Assembly: GCA_044229975.1 (NCBI GenBank)
Contig: JBGARZ010000008.1
Location: 160,001 to 224,000, forward strand
Direction of reading: 5' to 3'
Length of the DNA stretch: 64,000 nucleotides
From: Polyangiales bacterium
GTDB taxonomy: Bacteria; Myxococcota_A; Polyangia; Polyangiales; Ga0077539
A program made the translations under genes and the position numbers. Of the stretch, positions 27,324 to 36,668 are shown piece after piece (position 1 is the first letter of the stretch; the number at the start of each line of letters is the position of its first letter). The notes beneath the pieces are model-generated. The model was not told the origin of the DNA. It saw nothing but the letters and a program-made list of their open reading frames with translations, and made no database searches.

Positions 27324-28688
27324 ATGAGCAAAGCGCACGTGGTGATTCTGGGCGGGGGCTTCGGGGGTCTGGCGGTGGCGAGGGCGCTGGCGGATGCGCC
27401 GGTGAAGGTGACGCTCGTCGACCGGCAGAACCACCACCTGTTTCAGCCGCTGCTCTATCAAGTGGCGACGGCGGGGCTGAACCCGAGCGACATCTGCGCG
27501 CCCATCCGCGGCCTGCTCAGCGAGCAGAAGAACGCCACGGTGCTGCTCGCCGAGGCGACGTCCATCGACGTGGCGAAGCGGGCCGTGCGCATGACCGAGG
27601 GGGAGCTCGCGTACGACTATCTCGTGGTGGCGACGGGGGCGACGCACGCGTACTTCGGCCACGACGAGTGGGCGTCGCGCGCGCCGGGGTTGAAGACGCT
27701 CGAAGACGCGGTGGAGATCCGGCAGAGGTTCCTGCTGGCCTTCGAGGCGGCGGAGCGGGAGACCGACCCGGTGCGTCGGCGGGCGTGGCTGACGTTCGTG
27801 GTGGTGGGCGCGGGTCCGACGGGCGTCGAGCTCGCGGGGGCGATGGCGGAGGTGGCGCACCACGCGCTCCGCAACGACTTTCGCTCGATCGACCCAGCGG
27901 ACGCGCGGGTGATCCTGGTGGAGGGCCTCGACCGGGTGCTGCCGACGTACTCGAAGGAGCTGTCGGCGAACGCGCTGGAGGCGTTGAAGGAGCGCGGCGT
28001 CGAGGTGCGGCTCAACACGCGGGTGACGCACATCGACGAGGACGAGGTGCAGATGAGCGGCGAGGTGGTGCGCGCGCGAACCGTGGCGTGGGCCGCGGGC
28101 GTCGCGGCGTCACCGCTAGCGAAGAGCCTCGGGGTCCCGCTCGACCGCGCGGGTCGGGTGAAGGTGGAGCCGGCGCTCAACATTCCCGGGCATCCGGAGG
28201 TGTTCGTCATCGGCGACCTCGCGACGATCACGGTCGATGGGGTGATGGTTCCGGGCGTGGCGCAGGGGGCGATTCAAGGCGGCAAGCAGGCGGCGGCGAA
28301 CATCGTCCATCTCATCGACGGCGAGACGCCGCGGGCGTTCAACTACGAAGACCTCGGGTCGATGGCGACCATCGGCCGCAACGCCGCGGTGGCCGCGGTG
28401 GGACGGGCGGAGTTCACGGGCTTCCTCGCGTGGCTGATGTGGCTCTTCGTGCACGTGATGGCGCTGGTGGGGTTCCGCAACCGGGTGGCGGTGATCTTCT
28501 CGTGGGCGTGGTCGTACGTGACCTTCAACCGGGGTTCGCGGCTCATCACACGGAGGGTTCCGCCGACGCTGCTGTCGCACGACGATGACGACGACGTGAT
28601 CGCTCAGCCGGGCTCCCGCCAGAGCACCGCCTCCATCGGAACCTTGGAGAGGGAGAAGCCCTCCGCCGCCGCGCGCAGCGTCCCCTGA
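27324..28688 (+). CDS. ndh: Type II NADH dehydrogenase
   Basis: GGGFGG, FQPLLYQVATA, GAGPTGVELAG, MATIGR. Confidence 0.9.
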   Translation: MSKAHVVILGGGFGGLAVARALADAPVKVTLVDRQNHHLFQPLLYQVATAGLNPSDICAPIRGLLSEQKNATVLLAEATSIDVAKRAVRMTEGELAYDYLVVATGATHAYFGHDEWASRAPGLKTLEDAVEIRQRFLLAFEAAERETDPVRRRAWLTFVVVGAGPTGVELAGAMAEVAHHALRNDFRSIDPADARVILVEGLDRVLPTYSKELSANALEALKERGVEVRLNTRVTHIDEDEVQMSGEVVRARTVAWAAGVAASPLAKSLGVPLDRAGRVKVEPALNIPGHPEVFVIGDLATITVDGVMVPGVAQGAIQGGKQAAANIVHLIDGETPRAFNYEDLGSMATIGRNAAVAAVGRAEFTGFLAWLMWLFVHVMALVGFRNRVAVIFSWAWSYVTFNRGSRLITRRVPPTLLSHDDDDDVIAQPGSRQSTASIGTLEREKPSAAARSVP

Positions 28689-29551
28689 TCGCGCGCCCCG
28701 AGGCTCTCCAGCAACCATCCGCGCAGCCATGACGCCGTGACGCCGCGCTCGCGCAGGGTCGCGATGCCCATGGAGCCGTGGCGCTTGGCGAGGCGCGCGC
28801 CGTCGTCGCCGAGCACCAACGGGAGGTGCGCCCAGGTCGGCGGGGTCGCGCCGAGCGCCTCGTAGAGCAGTACCTGGCGCGGTGTGCTGGCGAGGAGGTC
28901 GTCGCCGCGCACGACCTCGGTGACGTCCATGGTGATGTCATCGACGACCACGGCGAGCTGATACGAAGCGACGCCGTCGGCGCGGGCGATGACGAAGTCG
29001 CCGACGTCGCGATGCACCTGCTGGACGAAGGGCGGCGCGAGGCGGTCGTTGATGACGATCGCGGGCGCGGCGGGGTCGGTGCGAAGGCGCCACGAGACAC
29101 CACGACCGAGCGAGCGGGCACGGGCGATGACGGCCTCGGGGTCGAGGTCGCGACAGGTGTTGGGGTAGACGGGTTCGGCGCCGTGGGGGGCCTGCGCGGC
29201 GAGCTCGACGTCGCGACGACTGCACGCGCAGGGGTAGACGAGGTCGAGGTCGCGGAGGTGCGCGAGGGTCGTGTTGTAGAAGGCGGCGCGATCGCGTTGC
29301 GCGTAGGGAGCGGAGGGTCCGCCGACGTCGGGGCCTTCGTCCCAGTCGAGGCCGAGCCAACGGAGGTCGGCGAGCATGGCGGCGGTAGCACCGGGTGCGG
29401 CGCGGACGGCGTCGAGGTCCTCGACGCGGAGGAGGTAGCGGCCGCCGACGGACCAGACCGAGAGCGCGGCGGCGAGCGCGGTGCGGGCGCTGCCGACATG
29501 GAGCGCGCCGGAGGGTGTGGGGGCGAAGCGGCCGCGGGCGATGGAGGGCAT
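28604..29551 (-). CDS. gluQ: Glutamyl-Q tRNA(Asp) synthetase
   Basis: RFAPTPSG.LHVG, YPCACSR, YQLAVVVDD, RLAKR; no anticodon domain. Confidence 0.88.
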   Translation of the reverse strand: MPSIARGRFAPTPSGALHVGSARTALAAALSVWSVGGRYLLRVEDLDAVRAAPGATAAMLADLRWLGLDWDEGPDVGGPSAPYAQRDRAAFYNTTLAHLRDLDLVYPCACSRRDVELAAQAPHGAEPVYPNTCRDLDPEAVIARARSLGRGVSWRLRTDPAAPAIVINDRLAPPFVQQVHRDVGDFVIARADGVASYQLAVVVDDITMDVTEVVRGDDLLASTPRQVLLYEALGATPPTWAHLPLVLGDDGARLAKRHGSMGIATLRERGVTASWLRGWLLESLGARDQGTLRAAAEGFSLSKVPMEAVLWREPG

Positions 29552-29606
29552 CGACGTGGCCGGGTGGTGTACCCCGCTCCCGCGTGACGCGGTACTCATC
29601 GGGGTC

Positions 29607-30341
29607 GTGGAAGACCCAGACGACCCGTCCCCCTCGCTGCGCGCCGACGCGCTCCTCCACGTGGGCCAGCTCGCGGCGGGTGTCGCGCATGAGCTGCGCA
29701 ACCCGCTCTCGGTGATGGAGACCTCCGTCTACCTGCTCAACGACTACGTCGGCGAAGACCCGCGCGCGGCGAAGCAGCTACGGCGCATCACCGAGCAGCT
29801 CCGCATCGCCAACGCCATCGTCACCGACCTGCTCGACACCGTGCGCGGCCGTCACGCACCACCTTCGCTCGCGACCGTCTTCGACCTCGCCCGCGTGGCG
29901 CGCGAAGCCGTCGCATGGGTGCCCCGACCGCCGCGCCTCACCATCGCGCTCACGTTGCCCGACGACCCGGTGACCGTCGCGGGTGACGCGCGACGCATCC
30001 GCCAGGTGGTCATCAACCTCGTCGCCAACGCGGTGCAGATCCTCGACGGCCACGACGACTCGCCCGGCATCGCGGTGACGCTGACCGCCGACGAGAGCAC
30101 CACCCACCTCGCCGTGCGCGACCACGGGCCAGGCATCGCGCCGGAGCTTCTCCCGCGCCTCTTCGAGCCCTTCGTGACGACCCGCGCACAAGGCAACGGC
30201 CTCGGCCTCGCCCTCTCGCGACAGATCGCCCTCGACCATCATGGCGAGCTCCGCGCGGAGTCCGTGGCGCAGTCTGAGGGCGGTGGGGCCCGCTTCACGC
30301 TCACCCTCCCACGCACCGATTCGTCGACCGTCTCCGGCTGA
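29607..30341 (+). CDS. Histidine kinase transmitter module without sensor domain
   Basis: AHELRNP, NLVANA, DHGPG, GNGLGL; start uncertain (29541 or 29607). Confidence 0.8.
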   Translation: MEDPDDPSPSLRADALLHVGQLAAGVAHELRNPLSVMETSVYLLNDYVGEDPRAAKQLRRITEQLRIANAIVTDLLDTVRGRHAPPSLATVFDLARVAREAVAWVPRPPRLTIALTLPDDPVTVAGDARRIRQVVINLVANAVQILDGHDDSPGIAVTLTADESTTHLAVRDHGPGIAPELLPRLFEPFVTTRAQGNGLGLALSRQIALDHHGELRAESVAQSEGGGARFTLTLPRTDSSTVSG

Positions 30342-30422
30342 CGATTTCCCGCAACCCTTCCCAGCAGCGCTCCCGACAAGCACCCGCGCTCGGCTCTTCC
30401 CCGCCGACCGCCAGGAGCGCCC

Positions 30423-31529
30423 ATGCCGTCACACCGTCCATCGAGCCACCCCTCCGGCCTTTCATCCCTCGCCGTTGTCGCCGCGGTGATCTTTGCGCTC
30501 GTCGGCCTCGCAGCGCTCGCCTGCGTCGCGGGGGTCGTGTTCGCCCTCGACCGATCGCACCCCCAGAACCACGCACCGCAACTGCGCACCCGAACCCTTC
30601 CCCGGCCGTTCCTGATCTACGCCACCGGGCAGGTCAGCGACCCGGGGCTCAACGCTCGGTTCGACCCGGTCATCGAGCGATGCCTCGACGGCTTCTCCGC
30701 GCATGTGAACAGCTCCCACCGGCTCTACATGGCCCGCATCGGCCGCGCCCTTCCTCCCGTCGGCAACGGCCCACCGCTACTGCCTCTTCTCAGGGTCTCC
30801 GAAGACCCCGCGGAGTGCGAGACCGCCCTGCGCTCGGCCGCGGCCATGGCGCCCGACGACCCCGCGTTCGGCGACGCCGCCCGACGCTACGCCGTCGAAC
30901 TCCGCGCAGTTGTCGTCGCTCTCAATGACGCAGACCCCTACTACCGCCAGGAAGACTGGCGCGACGACTCGATGGCCCGCGGGCGACTCATGCACGGCGT
31001 GCTGATCCAACGCTTCGAAGCCACCGCGCGAGCCCACAGCGCCCTCGCGAGCTACATCGAGCGCGCCCAGCGGGACCATCCAACGACGCCGTGTCGGGGC
31101 GCCGCGGAGGGCGGCTCCGTCCGCTGCGACTTCGCGCGCCATCACGCGGTCGCGCGCCGGGTGACGGTCGCCGCTGTGCACGCCACCATCGCGCCCGATG
31201 GCACCGTCGCCGGGCTCGACCTGCCACGTCTTGCCGAGGATATCGAGGCGCTTGAAGCGTCGATGCGTGTCCTGTTGGCCATCGAGTCTGGCGCCGTCGA
31301 GACGACCGCCGAACGCAGCGAGGTCCGGTCGTATCTGCAACAGGCCGGAGAGCACCTGCGGCACATCAAGACGCTCCACCGTATCGCGCGCGACCGCACG
31401 CAGGTGGACGCCGAGCAGTGGAACGACGTCGGCCCGAACCCCCCCGGCTCGCCGGCTCGCATCGCCTGGGAGTTCAACCGCGTGGTCTCCATCCACAACG
31501 ACGAGGTGCACTTCACCGGGTCGCCCTGA
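30423..31529 (+). CDS. YiiG/DUF3829-like membrane-anchored helical protein
   Basis: N-terminal TM; DPYYRQEDWRDD.MARGR.MH motif. Confidence 0.6.
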   Translation: MPSHRPSSHPSGLSSLAVVAAVIFALVGLAALACVAGVVFALDRSHPQNHAPQLRTRTLPRPFLIYATGQVSDPGLNARFDPVIERCLDGFSAHVNSSHRLYMARIGRALPPVGNGPPLLPLLRVSEDPAECETALRSAAAMAPDDPAFGDAARRYAVELRAVVVALNDADPYYRQEDWRDDSMARGRLMHGVLIQRFEATARAHSALASYIERAQRDHPTTPCRGAAEGGSVRCDFARHHAVARRVTVAAVHATIAPDGTVAGLDLPRLAEDIEALEASMRVLLAIESGAVETTAERSEVRSYLQQAGEHLRHIKTLHRIARDRTQVDAEQWNDVGPNPPGSPARIAWEFNRVVSIHNDEVHFTGSP

Positions 31530-31544
31530 CGCCTCGTCGTCCCC

Positions 31545-33113
31545 ATGTCCGTCGTGGTGTACTCCGACACCCCGATGGACGAAGCCCCGATCGCGCCGCC
31601 CCACGCCTCCCGCGCGCCACAACCCGCGCGCCACCCGCAGCTCCTGATCGTCGACGACAACCGCGACCTCGCCGAGAACCTCCAGGACATCTTCGAGCCG
31701 CGCGGCTTCGTCGTTCGCTTCACCCCGAGCGCCCGCGAGGCCCTCGCGCTCGCCCGCATCGAGGGCTTCGACCTCGCCCTGGTCGACGTCAACCTGCCCG
31801 ACGCCAGCGGCGCCGACCTCCTCCCCGCCCTCCGCGACGCCTCACCGCTCGGTGAGGTCGTTCTCATCACGGGGCACGCCACCCTCGACTCGGCCGTCGC
31901 TGCCGTGCGTGGCGGGGCGTTTCAGTATGTGGTGAAGCCCTTCAAGGTCGACGAGCTGGTCGCCACCGTCGAGGGCGCGCTCCGCCAGGCCACGCTTCGC
32001 CGTGAGCGCGAAGCACTCGCCCGTCAGCTCGCCGCCTCCGAGCGGCGCTACCGCGACGTGGTGGAGTCGTCCAAGGTGCTGGTCGTCGGCATCGACGTGC
32101 GCGGCGTGATGCACCTCTTCAACCGCCGCGCGGCGGAGCTCACCGGGCTCTCCCCCGACGAAGCCCTCGGCCACCTCGCCCTCGATCTCCTCATCGTTCC
32201 CGACTCGCGCGAGCGTGTGCAGAGCCACGTCCGCGCGACGCTCGCGGGCGCACCACCCGGTGAGTTCGAGGCCGCGCTCATCACGAAGGAGGGACGCACG
32301 CGCATGGTGCGCTGGCACGTCGTCGCCGCCGGGGCCGAGCGCCCGACGCCGCACGACGAGATCGCGGCCTACGCCCTCGGCACCGACGTCACCGACCGCC
32401 GCGCCCTCGAACGCCGCGCCGCCGAAGCCGAAGCCCTCGCCCACATGGGAACGCTCGCCGCCGGCCTCGCCCACGAGGTTCGCAACCCACTCAACGCCGC
32501 GCTCCTGCAACTGCACCTGCTCGGGCGCGGCATCGCGAAGGTGGTCACCGAGGAGCGTGATCCGTTGCTGGCCCGCGCGCGCATCGTGGAGGGCGAGCTC
32601 AAGCGCCTCGAACACCTGCTGTCCGACTTCCTCGAACTCGCGAGACCGCGCCCGATGGCGAGAGAGCCCATCGATCTGGCGGCGTTGCTGGATGACGTGA
32701 CGTCGTTTCAGGAGCCGGCGGCCGCGGCGGCGGGAGTGACGCTGGTGCGGCGCATCGGCGAGGCGCGCGCGGTGGGTGATCGCGAGCGGCTGAAGCAGGT
32801 GTTTCACAACCTGCTGGTCAACGCGCTGGAGGCGACGCCGCTCGGGGGCGTGGTGACCGTGTCGTGCCACCGCAACGCGGACGAGCCCGACACGACGGTG
32901 ACCATCGCCGACACCGGCAGGGGCATCCCCGGTGGGACGGTGGAGAAGGTGTTCGAGCCGTTTTTCACGACGAAGGAGGCGGGGACGGGATTGGGATTGT
33001 CCATCGTTCGACAGATCGTCGAGCGACACGGCGGCGGGGTCGACCTGGAGAGCACCGAGGGCAAGGGGACGCGCGTGACGCTCAGCCTCCCCGCCACCGG
33101 CAGGGCGTACTGA
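31545..33113 (+). CDS. Hybrid histidine kinase (REC-PAS-HisKA-HATPase)
   Basis: LIVDD..DVNLPD..KPF; PAS; AHEVRNP; GTGLGL. Confidence 0.92.
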   Translation: MSVVVYSDTPMDEAPIAPPHASRAPQPARHPQLLIVDDNRDLAENLQDIFEPRGFVVRFTPSAREALALARIEGFDLALVDVNLPDASGADLLPALRDASPLGEVVLITGHATLDSAVAAVRGGAFQYVVKPFKVDELVATVEGALRQATLRREREALARQLAASERRYRDVVESSKVLVVGIDVRGVMHLFNRRAAELTGLSPDEALGHLALDLLIVPDSRERVQSHVRATLAGAPPGEFEAALITKEGRTRMVRWHVVAAGAERPTPHDEIAAYALGTDVTDRRALERRAAEAEALAHMGTLAAGLAHEVRNPLNAALLQLHLLGRGIAKVVTEERDPLLARARIVEGELKRLEHLLSDFLELARPRPMAREPIDLAALLDDVTSFQEPAAAAAGVTLVRRIGEARAVGDRERLKQVFHNLLVNALEATPLGGVVTVSCHRNADEPDTTVTIADTGRGIPGGTVEKVFEPFFTTKEAGTGLGLSIVRQIVERHGGGVDLESTEGKGTRVTLSLPATGRAY

Positions 33114-33557
33114 CTACCGCGGGAGGCGCGCGTCGACGGCGTCCCGCATCCAGTCGGGGACCTCGTCTTCCTTGTCGCAGTTGAGCAGCACGCGCTCGCC
33201 GCTCGCGCGCACGTCGTCGTTGGCCTTGAGCAGCAGGTCGCCTTCGGTGGACTCCACCGTGGTGGCGGGCGAGCTCAGCGTCGCGGACTCGCGGGCGTGT
33301 ACCGAGAAGCGGTCGCACTCGGCGGAGACGGTTCCCTTCGCGCGGAGGGAGATGTCGATGGCGTCGAGGTGGAGCTTCGCGCCGGTGGGGGTGAGCTCGA
33401 TGGTGAGTTCGAGGGTTCCGCCGAGGGCGCGCACCTCGACGCGCTCGCCGTGGTCGTCGGCGAGCACCGTCACCGAACGCCCGGAAGGGAGCGCCGTGCG
33501 GTGGTGCTGGGCGTTGAGCGCGGCGGTCAGCAGATCGAAGTCGGGGTGGTTGTTCAT
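33114..33557 (-). CDS. Hypothetical beta-rich protein of the vgrG cassette
   Basis: Last gene of the operon; repetitive beta-strand pattern ending GERVLLNC. Confidence 0.7.
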   Translation of the reverse strand: MNNHPDFDLLTAALNAQHHRTALPSGRSVTVLADDHGERVEVRALGGTLELTIELTPTGAKLHLDAIDISLRAKGTVSAECDRFSVHARESATLSSPATTVESTEGDLLLKANDDVRASGERVLLNCDKEDEVPDWMRDAVDARLPR

Positions 33558-33575
33558 GGTGGTGTCTCGTGTTGG

Positions 33576-34712
33576 CTATCGTTGTTGCCAATCGATCTCA
33601 TGGGACATGTCGGCGACGTCGGCGCGGCCGCGCACCCACGGAAGGGCGACGGTGGTCGTCCAGACGAGGGCGACGGTTTCCGCCTCGACGTCGATTTCCA
33701 CGGTGCGGAGCGACGGGGTCATCGCCTCGACGTGGGTGCCCGCGCGCAGCGTCACCTGGGGGCGCTCGTCGGGAAGCGTGAACACCACCTGTCGACGACG
33801 CGGGTGCATCCCGGTGAGGACGACGGTCTCGTCGCCGCGGAGCGTGTCGCACCAGAGGCCCGGCGCGGCGGTGTGAAACCAGCGACGGTCGCGGCGGCTC
33901 CCGAGCTGCTCCAGCGACTCGCAGGCGACGAGCTCGGCGGGGATGGCGCCGTCGCGTACTTCGGAGAAGTCGTCGGGAGAAACGGTCGAGCCGGAGCCGA
34001 GGCCCAGCCACGCCGATCGGGGCCACCAGTGCGCGGGCACGGCGTCGAAGCCGGCGGACACCGGCAGGCGGGGCCAGTGGTCGGGGTTGCGGAGAATGAG
34101 TCGGTCGGGCGTGAGGAGGTCGGTGGGGTCTTCCACGTTGGGCAGACGGAGTGCGGAGAGGTCACCGGACACCGTGTATCCACAGCCGACATCGTTGCGG
34201 GGATAGCGGTAGAGGTCGGAGGTTCCGAGGAGTTCGTCGACCTCGGTGGGGACGTGGCGAGCGAGCGCGGCGGCGTCACGGCCGCCGTAGGCGCGGTCCC
34301 AGGTGAGGGGCATCTCCACGAAGGGAGCAGGGGCCGAGAAGACGGGGGCGGCGGCGATGGAGTCGACGGAGACGGAGCGATCGCCGAAGACGCGAAGGCG
34401 CTTGAAGAGGCGCGGACGGAGGGAGGAGCCGACGTCATGGACGGCGACGGAGACGTCCATGGTGGGGACAGGGCCGTCGAGGCTGTGGGCGTGAGCCTTG
34501 ATGACAACATCGGTCCCGGGGCGGGCGACGGCGAAGAGGTCGCCACCGGCCGAGAGCGGGTCGGCGGGGTCGGCAGAGACCAGCGGGCTTGGGGCGCCGT
34601 GGGTGAGCGCGCCGTCGAAGGACGGGAGCGCGTAGACGCGGCGGGTGACCACGGTGGCGTAGACGGAGCCGTCGTCGCCCGTGTGGACGGACTGGTGGGA
34701 AGTGGGGTTCAT
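33576..34712 (-). CDS. DUF2169 family T6SS adaptor/chaperone
   Basis: LRVFGDR, PAPFVEMPLTWDRAYGG, NDVGCG, LPNVEDP, WWPR. Confidence 0.88.
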   Translation of the reverse strand: MNPTSHQSVHTGDDGSVYATVVTRRVYALPSFDGALTHGAPSPLVSADPADPLSAGGDLFAVARPGTDVVIKAHAHSLDGPVPTMDVSVAVHDVGSSLRPRLFKRLRVFGDRSVSVDSIAAAPVFSAPAPFVEMPLTWDRAYGGRDAAALARHVPTEVDELLGTSDLYRYPRNDVGCGYTVSGDLSALRLPNVEDPTDLLTPDRLILRNPDHWPRLPVSAGFDAVPAHWWPRSAWLGLGSGSTVSPDDFSEVRDGAIPAELVACESLEQLGSRRDRRWFHTAAPGLWCDTLRGDETVVLTGMHPRRRQVVFTLPDERPQVTLRAGTHVEAMTPSLRTVEIDVEAETVALVWTTTVALPWVRGRADVADMSHEIDWQQR

Positions 34713-35635
34713 AGGGACTCCGCGCAGAGGTCCCAGAGGTCGGCGATCTGATCGTCGCCATCGGAGGGGTCGGTGCGCAGGTCGCGACCGTCGTGGGCGA
34801 GGCGGGTAGCACCCTTGATCAACGCCTTGAGACCAGCCTTCAGGCCATTGTTGATGGCCTGCTGAAGCAACCCGCGTATCGAAGCGATGACCAGAGGACC
34901 GCACCAGCGGGCGAGCGCAAGTTCGGCGAGTTCGACCAGCAGAGGCCCTCCCAGTTCGACGAGGGCCCCGGCGAGCGCAGCGATGAGGAGGTCGATGACG
35001 AAATCAGTGACGATGGACACGATGGTCGAGATCCAGGCAGCGGCGGTGTCACCGTTGCTCATCCCCAGAAACACGGAGCTAGGTGTCTGCGACGCGCGGC
35101 TCACCGGGTGCCTCATCGGCAGTGAGCACACCGTGAAGTTGAACCTCCCGGTGTTGGAGCCTGCGCCGTAGCGGATGACGGCCACTGGCTGTGTGCCCTC
35201 GACTGCCGCGAGCACGTCGCGTGGGCCGAAGATGGCTTCCGACTTCCCGTTGTCACTGCCTTCGAACGGGCTCGTCCGAGCGGCCCTTGAGTCCTCCATG
35301 CAGGATGCAAGGACGCCGGGAATGGTGGTGAGCGCGATGCCCATCGCCTGCGTCAGGTGATGTCGACGCTTCGTCGCCTTCGTGTGCTGCTGAAGCAGGG
35401 CATCGTGGGCGGCGATCACAGTCGGTGACTTCCTCGTTGCTTCGGGTCCCTGATCCCAGGCGGTCCCCTCGGACCACCAGGTTCCGACCCCAACCATGAG
35501 ACAGTCTGCCGTCCCCAGTGCCTTGCCAGGTCCGAAGTAGGGGTGAACTTCGAGCCTTCCGATGACCTCACAGTCCGGCCGAAGCGCCTGGGTCATCAGC
35601 GCGGTGGGTGGACGATGTCGAATGGGGTTCGTCAT
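34709..35635 (-). CDS. Hypothetical protein, candidate VgrG-associated spike tip/effector
   Basis: Lies between two DUF2169 genes; stop overlaps the next start; long hydrophobic C-terminal helices. Confidence 0.65.
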   Translation of the reverse strand: MTNPIRHRPPTALMTQALRPDCEVIGRLEVHPYFGPGKALGTADCLMVGVGTWWSEGTAWDQGPEATRKSPTVIAAHDALLQQHTKATKRRHHLTQAMGIALTTIPGVLASCMEDSRAARTSPFEGSDNGKSEAIFGPRDVLAAVEGTQPVAVIRYGAGSNTGRFNFTVCSLPMRHPVSRASQTPSSVFLGMSNGDTAAAWISTIVSIVTDFVIDLLIAALAGALVELGGPLLVELAELALARWCGPLVIASIRGLLQQAINNGLKAGLKALIKGATRLAHDGRDLRTDPSDGDDQIADLWDLCAESL

Positions 35636-35671
35636 GGTGGGTCCTCGTCGTTGCTGGATGGGAGGTCGCCG

Positions 35672-36655
35672 CTACGCAGCGATCGCGCGGAGCGTGGCCG
35701 ACCGCGTCTCTCGCGGACGAATCACGTAGCGCCACCATGATCGGAACGAGACGACCAGGAGTTGCGTGTCCGCGAGGAACCACAGCCCGGAAATCGACGT
35801 CCGCTGCCGAGATCGCTCCGCGCCGACCTGCACGTCGACCTTGAGGTTCCAGCCTGGGAGCTTGAAGTCCCACCGGTCGTCGCCCAGCGCGATGGCCACC
35901 GACTCGTCGCCGCGCACCTTCGGGGCGGCGTTGCGGGGCACGGCCGCCGAAGGGGTGCAGCTCCGCGCCAGCGCGTCGAAAGCTTCGTCGGTCGGAGGGT
36001 TGTCGAGTCCCCACCCCTGCCGCTTCACCCCTTCGGTCATCTGCCATGGGACCGACCGCGCGACGGGCCCCCACGCAGCGGGCACGGGCGAGTCCGTCCA
36101 CGAACGGATCGGCTCGGCCGGGTCTTCGAGGTTCGGGAGGAGACCTCCCTCGGCGTGTTCTTCATCCCCGTAGGCGCCCCTCCCCACGGGGTTGAGCGGA
36201 TGTTCGATGGTTTCGCCGTGGGTCTCGCTGCGACCACCGAGGGCCCTGGTCCAGTCGAGGTTCATCTCTGCGAATGGCTCGGGCGCGGACGGAACGAGCG
36301 TCCCATTGGCGCCGCGGACCCAGCGGCGATCGCCGATCACGTCAATCGAGCGGGTGAAGTCTCCAACGGAGAACGATGCCTGCGTGCGCCGGGTGGGCTG
36401 CCGACAACGGGCGCTGCCGAGCACCACCAGTTCGCAACCGCGGGGGATGGGGTAGTTGTCCGAGGGAAAGGTCCCGTAGCGGGTGGTGACCTTCTCGTGA
36501 AAGATCGGCCACCGCACCTCGGTGGGGATGAGCCGCCGACGCGATTGGTCAACCTCGAAGGTTGCACGCGCGACGAGCCACGCGCCGAGCTGCACATCGT
36601 CGAGGGCGCCCGTGAAGAGACGCGCCTCCCAGTTGGTGTCGTTGGTGAAGTGCAT
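35672..36655 (-). CDS. DUF2169 family T6SS adaptor/chaperone (second copy)
   Basis: VIGDRRW, PEPFAEMNLDWTRALGG, NPVGRG, LPNLEDP. Confidence 0.88.
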   Translation of the reverse strand: MHFTNDTNWEARLFTGALDDVQLGAWLVARATFEVDQSRRRLIPTEVRWPIFHEKVTTRYGTFPSDNYPIPRGCELVVLGSARCRQPTRRTQASFSVGDFTRSIDVIGDRRWVRGANGTLVPSAPEPFAEMNLDWTRALGGRSETHGETIEHPLNPVGRGAYGDEEHAEGGLLPNLEDPAEPIRSWTDSPVPAAWGPVARSVPWQMTEGVKRQGWGLDNPPTDEAFDALARSCTPSAAVPRNAAPKVRGDESVAIALGDDRWDFKLPGWNLKVDVQVGAERSRQRTSISGLWFLADTQLLVVSFRSWWRYVIRPRETRSATLRAIAA

Positions 36656-36668
36656 GGCTGCTCCCCCT

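Noticed and set aside
28604..28688. 85-bp convergent overlap of ndh and gluQ as a regulatory feature
   Set aside because: Low-complexity tail run-through is common in GC-rich genomes; no further support
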